In this document: positions 9,157-16,416 of the stretch, piece by piece
How positions within the stretch are numbered: the first letter of the stretch is position 1
Layout: each line of letters begins with the position of its first letter
Assembly: GCA_030141605.1 (NCBI GenBank)
Contig: JAQGDQ010001532.1
Coordinates: forward strand, 19,451-35,866
Length of the DNA: 16,416 nt
Direction: 5' to 3'
From: Tubiluchus corallicola
Taxonomy: Eukaryota > Animalia > Priapulida
Notes under the pieces: model-generated
Told to the model about the DNA's origin: nothing
Database searches by the model: none
Seen by the model: the letters and a program-made list of their open reading frames with translations, nothing else
Position numbers and translations under genes: made by a program

Positions 9157-10747
9157 GTGGCTGCTTCCTCCCTACAACATGGCAGCTTCGTCCCTATGAT
9201 GTGGCTGCTTCGTCCCTATGACATGACAGCTTCGTCCCTATGACATGACAGCTTCGTCCCTATGACATGACAGCTTCGTCCCTATGACATGACAGCTTCG
9301 TCTCTATGATGTGGCAGCTTCGCCCCTATGACGTGACAGCTTCGTCCCTATGACATGCCAGCTTCGTCCCTATGACGTGACAGCTTCGTCCCTATGACGT
9401 GACAGCTTCGCCCCTATGACGTGACAGCTTCGTCTCTATGACGTGCCAGCTTCGTCCCTATGACAGCTTCGTCCCTATGACGTGACAGCTTCGTCGCTAT
9501 GACATGATAGCTTCGTCTCTATGATGTGCCAGCTTCGTCCCTATGACATGATAGCTTCGTCTCTATGATGTGGCAGCTTCACCCTATGACATGACAGCTT
9601 CGCCCCTATGACGTGTCAGCTTCGTGACAGCTTCGTCCCTTTGACAGCTTCGTCCCTATGACAGCTTCGTCCCTATGACATGACAGCTTCGTCTCTATGA
9701 TGTGTCAGCTTCGTCCGTATGACGTATCAGCTTCGTCCCTATGACATGACAGCTTCGTCCCTATGACAGCTTCGTCCATATGCATGATAGCTTCGTCCCT
9801 ATGACAGCTTCGTCCCTATGACATGCCTGCTTCGTCCCTATGACAGCTTCGTCCCTATGACGTGACAGCTTCGTCCCTATGACAGCTTCGTCCCTATGAC
9901 ATGACAGCTTCGTCTCTATGATGTGTCAGCTTCGTCCCTATGACGTATCAGCTTCGTCCCTATGACGTGTCAGCTTCGTCCCTATGACATGACAGCTTCG
10001 TCCCTATGACGTGACAGCTTCGTCCCTATGACAGCTTCGTCCCTATGACATGACAGCTTCGTCTCTATGATGTGTCAGCTTCGTCCGTATGACGTATCAG
10101 CTTCGTCCCTATGACATGACAGCTTCGTCCCTATGACAGCTTCGTCCATATGCATGATAGCTTCGTCCCTATGACAGCTTCGTCCCTATGACATGCCTGC
10201 TTCGTCCCTATGACAGCTTCGTCCCTATGACGTGACAGCTTCGTCCCTATGACAGCTTCGTCCCTATGACATGACAGCTTCGTCTCTATGATGTGTCAGC
10301 TTCGTCCCTATGACGTATCAGCTTCGTCCCTATGACATGACAGCTTCGTCCCTATGACAGCTTCGTCCGTATGCATGATAGCTTCGTCCCTATGACAGCT
10401 TCGTCCCTATGACATGCCTGCTTCGTCCCTATGACAGCTTCGTCCCTATGATATGACAGCTTCGTCCCTATGACATGACAGCTTCGTCTCTATGATATGA
10501 CAGCTTCGTCCCTATGACAGCTTCGTCTCTATGATATGACAGCTTCGTCCCTATGACATGACAGCTTCGTCCCTATGACAGCTTCGTCTCTATGATGTGG
10601 CAGCTTCGCCCTATGACATGACAGCTTCGTCCCTACAATGTGGCAGCTTCGTTCCTATGACATGGCAGCTTTGTCCATATGACGTGACAGCTTCGTTCCT
10701 ACGACGTGGCAGCTTCGTTCCTATGACATGGCAGCTTGTCTCTATGA
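9157..10747. repeat. Minisatellite of mixed 22-bp and 17-bp units, roughly 75-80 monomers
   Basis: ATGACAGCTTCGTCCCTATGAC (22 bp) is interspersed with a 5-bp-shorter form ATGACAGCTTCGTCCCT (17 bp); more divergent GGCAGC/GGCTGC units sit at both edges. Confidence 0.96.
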
Positions 10748-10997
10748 GTTTATTTTACAGAGTATAATTCTACACTTACACAGTACTACTGATGCTGTGG
10801 CCAGTACGATGATGTCTTTCTTATTTTTCTCACAGCTTTCATGTCTGATCATACCAAGGTTTTATTCTAACCGTGTAAATAATTGTAGGGTTGAGGTTCA
10901 GGTTACAAAGCTAGCTGTTTGTTAGGCTAAGCAGCTATTCATTATAATGATCTTTTCTGCTAAAGTCTTCTGCTAACGAGTTTAATAAAATGGAAGG

Positions 10998-11314
10998 AGC
11001 TTACAATCCCCCCCCCACACAATTTGAATACCTTAACCCTAATTCTAGCCCTAACCTTAACCCTAACTCGAATTCTAGCCCTAACCGTAACCCTAACCCA
11101 AACCCTAGCCTAATTCTAACCAGAACCCAAATCCAATCCTAACCTTAGCCATATGCCTAACCCTAACCAAACCCTAGCCATAATTCTAATCCAAACTTTA
11201 CCCTAGCCGTAACCCTAATCCAACCCTAATCCTAATTCAACCCTAATCCTGATCCAATCCTAATCCTAATATGTTTTACAAACTAATTTCTTGTGTGTGG
11301 GGGAATCGTAAACT
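10998..11314. mobile_element. Non-autonomous element with imperfect terminal inverted repeats enclosing a degenerate telomere-like (CCCTAA)n tract (11031-11269)
   Basis: Left end AGCTTACAATCCCCCCCCCACACAA versus reverse complement of the right end AGTTTACGATTCCCCCACACACAA. The core has ~40 hexamers (CCTAAC/CCTAAT/CCTAGC/TCTAAC). Confidence 0.65.
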
Positions 11315-11407
11315 TTAGCCAATGAAATTTACTTTAACGCAAAATTATTTAAAATATTTATCAGAATCATCATTTCAAGTGCCGTGTTCAAAGTGTATTA
11401 GTTTCAC

Positions 11408-11469
11408 ACCGTAAAGAATGTTCACACGTAGCATTTGACCATAAAGAATGTTCACACGTAGCATTTGAC
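11408..11469. repeat. 30-bp tandem duplication (2 copies)
   Basis: accRtaaagaatgttcacacgtagcatttg occurs at 11408 and 11438. Confidence 0.9.
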
Positions 11470-11743
11470 AGCTTAATAGCAGCGCTGTTATCATCATCCA
11501 ATTTCCTGATTTACTCAACAGACAGGAAAATCATTAATGTAAACAAGAATTGCCCTATGAATTGCGTGATTAGGCTATTGACTGTGTGAGTTTTGGCTTT
11601 ACAAGTGTGGGAAGTAGACCTGAATGGAATTACTGTGGTTTGTGTTACGGTGAATGTTAATGGCTGTCTAAATTTCTGAATCACTTCTAGTTACGAGACG
11701 TGTGTCTTTCTGTCATTTTGTACGTAAGTTTGATCTTCGTAAG

Positions 11744-12170
11744 TTACTTCATTCTTGAGTGAAGTTGTACATTTACTTCATTCTTGAGTAGAGTTGTACA
11801 TGTACTTTATTCTTGAGTAAAATTGTACATTTACTTCATTCTTGAATAGAGTTGTACATTTACTTCATTCTCGAGTAGAGTTGTACATTTACTTCATTCT
11901 AGAGTAGAGTTGTACATTTACTTCATTCTTGAGTAGAGTTGTACATTTACTTCATTCTTCTGTTGAGTTGTACATTTACTTCATTCGAGAGTAAAGTTGT
12001 ACATTTACTTCATTCTTGAGTAAATTTGTATATTTACTTCATTCTTTAGTAGAGTTGTACATTTACTTCATTCTTGAGTAAATTTGTATATTTACTTCAT
12101 TCTTTAGTAGAGTTGTACATTTACTTCATTCTTGAGTAAATTTGTACATTTACTTCATTCTTGAGTAAAG
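11744..12170. repeat. Minisatellite, 29-bp unit, ~14.7 copies
   Basis: Unit TTACTTCATTCTTGAGTAGAGTTGTACAT, period 29. Confidence 0.96.
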
Positions 12171-12886
12171 GTGTTGCATATATTGGCTTTTTGTTCGTGT
12201 AATTAATTTCTTACACTTACAAGGTTTTAATACCTTTCTCTTCGGTATTTATTACTTTAATGCATTAATGTAATTAGTCTAAAAGACTTTTTTGTAGTAA
12301 TTATCTTAATGGATTAAAAGCGAAACCGGACGCCATCTTAAACTGTAGGTCAAAACAATCTACTCTTTAAAATATTGAAAGAAAATATAATATTTTTTTC
12401 AAAAATGACTTTTGTGAAAGAATTATTACCATTATTTCACGATCGTACCACTGGTTCTTCGCTGTTACATGCATTTGGCCATTTGCTAGTTAGACGGGCA
12501 CTAGTACCTGCATTTCGGAAACGCATTGCACAAAAATCAGGTGCTGTACCTCTCAGTTTAGGTGTGTTAGTTTGTGATGAACTGCACACGTTCGACAGCT
12601 CATGCGTGAGTGAGCACAGCAGTAAATTTGAATTTGAATTTTTATCTTAAAACTTGTCTAGTTTTAGTACAACACACTGAATATATTAGAGTACTATTGT
12701 ACTTCAATTTTTGCTTTCATGAACGCGTGCAACACGGTAGTGGAATGTTTTTGTTGTTGAAAATTATGTTAGTTTGTGATGTCATCAATAGTTGGGTTTT
12801 CCCGCCATTAATTAAGTTTTTAATCTATTATTTAATTATCAGATATGCTTTTGCATCATACTTTTTATCGAACTTGAAAATCAGTA

Positions 12887-13390
12887 CAGTCATACCTCGG
12901 TTTTCAACCATAATTCGTTCATAAAAAGTGTTTGAAAACCGATTTGGTTAAGAACGGAATCATTTATTCCCATAAGAAATAACGTAAAAGCAAATAATCC
13001 GTTCTCAAGCACCAAATGAACTGTAAAGTATTACTAAAACTAAATATAATAATGCAAAAATGCTTATTCAAACAGTAGATGTGATATAATTGATGAGAAA
13101 AACATAATAGAATTCCTTAGAAAGAAAAACATAATTATTTCTGCATGAAAAAACCTTCATGTGTTGGCAGCAGTGTGATGGTATACGTAAGCAAGAGCAG
13201 AAACACGTGTGTGACTACTCTCGGGCGCGGTCGGTTACGCTCGGCTCGCCGCGCATGCGTTCATCACGTGTTTGGCGGTTGGTCGAGTACCGAAATTCTG
13301 GTCGAGAGCGGAGACAATTTCAGCTCAAATTCTCTGGTCGAAAACCGATTTTTACGAGTACGGAGACGTTTGAAAACCGAGGTATGACTG
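12887..13390. mobile_element. Non-autonomous Tigger/pogo-type (Tc1/mariner superfamily) DNA transposon (MITE), 504 bp
   Basis: Perfect 21-bp terminal inverted repeats (TIRs) CAGTCATACCTCGGTTTTCAA / TTGAAAACCGAGGTATGACTG, with a TA TSD at 12885-86 and 13391-92. Subterminal GAAAACCGA/GAGTACCGA repeats are present and there is no transposase ORF. Confidence 0.92.
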
Positions 13391-13531
13391 TATATGAAAA
13401 ATCATCCTGTGTTTCTTCCAATACTCACACTTTTGATTATATAGAAAAAACAGCAAAAAGTACTTAGTGCTAATAGAATGGACAGAACATTTTTTTTAGT
13501 TTTTACATGTTGAAAGTTTATATATTTTCAG

Positions 13532-13610
13532 GGTACATACACTGAGGGCGTCTACATCAGATCACTAGCCAATAACGGTGCAGCCGATTTGGACGGTCGT
13601 CTAAAAATAG
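13532..13610 (+). CDS. PTPN13: PTPN13-like exon D (79 nt): middle of PDZ2 (GTYTEGVYIRSLANNGAADLDGRLKI-G)
   Basis: Too short for the ORF track. Acceptor tattttcAG at 13530-13531 and donor atag|GTtagt at 13611. It starts in phase 0 (matching exon C) and ends in phase 1 (matching exon E). It carries the classic PDZ GVYI..L...GAA..DGRL..G motif. Confidence 0.9.
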
Positions 13611-13745
13611 GTTAGTCATTTGTTTGCAAAATGGATCAGAATATGTTTATCTTTTTTTTCAAAATCTGTGCGAAGGACATATTCAGAATTGTGAAAGAAT
13701 CAACTTGTTTGCTTGGTTGAATTTAAAAACGGATAATTTTTAGTG

Positions 13746-13851
13746 TTTTTGTCAGTCTTAATTTCAAGATGCTCGGTAACTGCACAGTAAGTCTTGATTT
13801 TTGTCAATCTTGATTTCAAGATGCTAGGTAACTGCACAGAGTAAGTCTTGA
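13746..13851. repeat. ~52-bp tandem duplication (2 copies)
   Basis: tttttgtcaRtcttRatttcaagatgctMggtaactgcacag(ag)taagtcttga occurs at 13746 and 13798. Confidence 0.85.
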
Positions 13852-13999
13852 CGACTGCATACCTTGAATTAATGAAAGATACCAGTCCATTGAAAAAGAA
13901 GGAAACTGAAAGAAAGAAAGAAAGAACGGGCACAACATTTTGAAATGCCACTGTAAAACGAGAAACGAGAAAAAAGAATAAAAAAGAAAAAACGAATTA

Positions 14000-14481
14000 C
14001 GGTCAACCTCGGGTATAAGGTACTCGCTTATAAAGGACCACCAACACCGGTCCCGATTTTTTGTAACGTTTTTCTTTGTAAAAATCTTTGTATATAAGAT
14101 ACTCGGATATAAGGGACTTTCGGTTATAAGGGACGATATCTTCAGGTACTGGGTAATAGGAACCCAGGTAAATTACCTCGCATATAAGGGACCCTATGAT
14201 CAAAGTGAAATTGCCCGATTTTTAACCTCAATTTTTCTCAAACTCGGCCTTCGAACAGCTCGGTTTCCGTGGTCACATACATCTCGCATTACTGAAGGAG
14301 CTTCCTACATACGGTTTGCACTGAATGTGTAGCAATAATCCATAAAAATATGGGTAAAAGTACAGAAAAGTGCAGGTCTAGATATACCCTCGGTCTGATT
14401 CAACTTCGGCTATAAGGGACATCGGATGTAAGGGATGGTTTTTTCCCTTCCAGAGGTGTCCTTTATATCCGAGGCTGACTG
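14000..14481. mobile_element. Second, more degenerate non-autonomous Tigger/pogo-type element, 482 bp
   Basis: TA|CGGTCAACCTCGGGTATAAGG ... CTTTATATCCGAGGCTGACTG|TA, with about 4 mismatches in the 21-bp TIR. A reiterated internal CGGNTATAAGGGAC motif occurs at ~14104, 14121, 14180, 14407 and 14423. Confidence 0.85.
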
Positions 14482-14618
14482 TACTAGAACGACCTGAACA
14501 ACTTTTTGTTTATATCATATAATTATTAATGCAATAATCACGTATTACAAAACTACACCACCATGCGAATCTGTTAGTCTAGTCTTGCCACTTGTTGACA
14601 GCCGTTACTTCATTGTAG

Positions 14619-14759
14619 GTGATAAGATCGTTGGCATCGACGACTCGGACATCGTTGATCTACCGCATTCCGAAGTCGTCCGGATTCTGCAGGGCACGAA
14701 CGACATCGTGACCTTGCACGTGGAACGGGGTACGGGAACGGTACCGATCTTAGAACCAG
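14619..14759 (+). CDS. PTPN13: PTPN13-like exon E (141 nt, phase 1-1): C-terminal half of PDZ2 (G-DKIVGIDDSDIVDLPHSEVVRILQGTNDIVTLHVERGTGTVPILEP)
   Basis: Acceptor cattgtAG at 14617-14618 and probable donor ccag|GTgaat at 14760. It completes the GD motif with exon D and has the PDZ alpha2 helix (H.EVV.IL) and last strand (VTL.VERG). The 3' boundary cannot be confirmed because the next exon is outside the window. Confidence 0.87.
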
Positions 14760-14828
14760 GTGAATAAGATCTGCTACGCTAGAAATCTATTCCCATTTTA
14801 ACTTTTGGAATGTTATAACTGTGGAGTC

Positions 14829-14981
14829 AATGACAATATTTCATTAAATATCCCTACAATTTCAACAGAAGTCTGGTCATCTGTATTAGAAAAATTACAC
14901 AGCACACTGGCAGCCATTTTCACGTAATGATAAAAAATTCATGAAGTGGTATTGTAGGATATTCAACAAACTAATGTCGTT
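14829..14981. repeat. Degenerate ~32-bp inverted repeat pair (possible old MITE)
   Basis: 14829-14860 AATGACAATATTTCATTAAATATCCCTACAAT versus reverse complement of 14951-14981 AACGACATTAGTTTGTTGAATATCCTACAAT (6 mismatches, 1 gap). Confidence 0.5.
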
Positions 14982-15335
14982 CTTGTTATTAAAGGAAAAG
15001 ACAAGTCACTCGGCATGTTGGATTTATTTTACTGTTATTACTTAGATAAAGATAATAAACAACTTTGCAAAAAACTGTCTATAAAGTGTAAAATTAATTT
15101 ATACTACCGCTACACGGAAATGTTCATGTGTGCAGTGATAGCCAACATTCACTTGAAAACTATAGCGCAATTGGTGGATTTTCTATAAATGCAACGTAGA
15201 TTTCCTTATCAGGGATGAGAATTTTCCGCGGATACGGGGAATTCCAAGTTTTTGGAAGACCAGTAGTGCCATTTTTGTAAATCGCGTAAATTCGTTGAGA
15301 AAATTTTTACGGACCCAGTACATTATTTCACAAGC

Positions 15336-15354
15336 TGACCACTAGATGGCAGGC
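15336..15354 (+). promoter_or_regulatory. CTCF-like binding motif TGACCACTAGATGGCAGGC
   Basis: Core CCACTAGATGGC fits the CTCF consensus CCASYAGRKGGCR; this is a motif match only. Confidence 0.4.
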
Positions 15355-15749
15355 CGTCACTTTGTTTACATCACGTACATCAGTGTAACCACGTGTACAT
15401 CTGTATGTATAAAAATATAGAATCAATTGTGCGGAGTTATTTGAGTCAATTGCAGACAGTTTCTATATACTTTTGCATAAGAGCGGCCAGTTCTTAGGCA
15501 TTTTTGACAAATATATCATGTATCCTGATAGGGTATTTTAATTATGCATAAAAGTAATTGATATTTTAAGTCCACTTAGAGGCTCTCACGGTCACAAATT
15601 GCAATTTCCCACCCAACCCCACCCCCACAACACCACCCTGCCTATGCGAATGCTGCTTAAATTAATACAGACTTCTTCAGCTTACCTATTGTGTATCCAA
15701 AGTTAGCCATCTATTTTTTTTGTAAAAACTCGTAGTTTGACAGTGCGCT

Positions 15750-16416
15750 ACTTTTCTTCAGACGAATGACGTCATTGGTGGAAGAATGAGCAGTTTTCTT
15801 CAGACGAATGACGTCATTGGTGGAAGAATGAGCTCTTCTTCAGACAAATGACTTCATTGGTAGAAGAATGAGCACTTTTCTTCAGACGAATGACGTCAGT
15901 GGTGGAAGAATGAGCACTTTTCTTCAGACGAATGACGTCATTGGTGGAAGAATGAGCACTCTTCTTCAGACGAATGACGTCATTGGTAGAAGAATGAGCA
16001 CTTTTCTTCAGACGAATGACGTCATTGGTGGAAGAATGAGCACTTTTCTTCAGACGAATGACGTCATTGGTGGAAGAATGAGCGCTTTTCTTCAGACGAA
16101 TGACGTCATTGGTGGAAGAATTAGCACTTTTCTTTAGACAAATGACGTCATTGGTGGAAGAATGAGCACTTTTCTTCAGACGAATGACATCATTGGTGGA
16201 AGAATGAGCACTTTTCTTCAGACGAATGACGTCATTGGTGGAAAAATGAGCACTTTTCTTCAGACGAATGACGTCATTTGTGGAAGAATGAGCACTTTTC
16301 TTCAGACGAATGACATCATTGGTGGAAGAATGAGCACTTTTCTTCAAACAAATGACGTCATTGGTGGAAGAATGAGCACTTTTCTTAAGACAAATGACGT
16401 CATTGGTGGAAGAATG
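15750..16416. repeat. Minisatellite, 42-bp unit, 16 copies visible (truncated by window end), each with an AATGACGTCATT-type palindrome
   Basis: Unit ACTTTTCTTCAGACGAATGACGTCATTGGTGGAAGAATGAGC, period 42. Confidence 0.97.

Noticed and set aside
11031-11269. True telomere or chromosome end
   Set aside because: The tract is degenerate, short, intronic and flanked by inverted repeats, with the gene continuing on both sides.
12375-13467. Short ORFs in or near the first MITE as transposase
   Set aside because: No DDE/D or HTH-like sequence is visible, and the element is only 504 bp.
1902-14759. Firm species assignment or proof of a phosphatase domain
   Set aside because: The organism cannot be determined from this window, and the PTP/KIND domains are outside it. 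The PTPN13 call rests on FERM-PDZ-PDZ order and remembered similarity, and needs BLASTP confirmation.
15814-16347. 177-aa and 89-aa ORFs of 14-aa repeats
   Set aside because: The 42-bp unit is a multiple of 3 and stop-free by chance, and there is no splice or compositional support for coding.
1-16416. Tandem arrays as CRISPR arrays or a prokaryotic defence system
   Set aside because: The units are head-to-tail with no unique spacers, there are no cas genes, and the context is a spliceosomal-intron animal gene.

Overview
This is eukaryotic (animal, probably invertebrate) genomic DNA, not prokaryotic. It holds an internal segment of a + strand PTPN13-like (FAP-1/PTP-BL; FRMPD2-related) gene with five phase-consistent GT-AG exons: 1902-2119, 2887-5052, 8318-8441, 13532-13610 and 14619-14759. 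Together they encode the FERM C-lobe, PDZ1, a ~500-aa acidic disordered linker and PDZ2; the gene's start and end lie outside the window. About half of the intronic sequence is tandem repeat: 62-, 71-, 70-, 22/17-, 29- and 42-bp minisatellites, a CAT/CCT microsatellite and a telomere-like hexamer tract. The introns also contain two Tigger/pogo-type non-autonomous DNA transposons with TA target-site duplications (TSDs), a two-copy ~250-bp interspersed repeat and other degenerate elements. Most listed ORFs are artefacts of repeats or antisense/off-frame shadows of the large exon. I see no clear novel multi-gene system. The best leads are a minisatellite with 13 intact CRE palindromes, a minisatellite whose variants switch a complete set of splice signals on and off, and a 2.2-kb exon whose linker carries NLS-, EVH1-ligand- and LD-like motifs.
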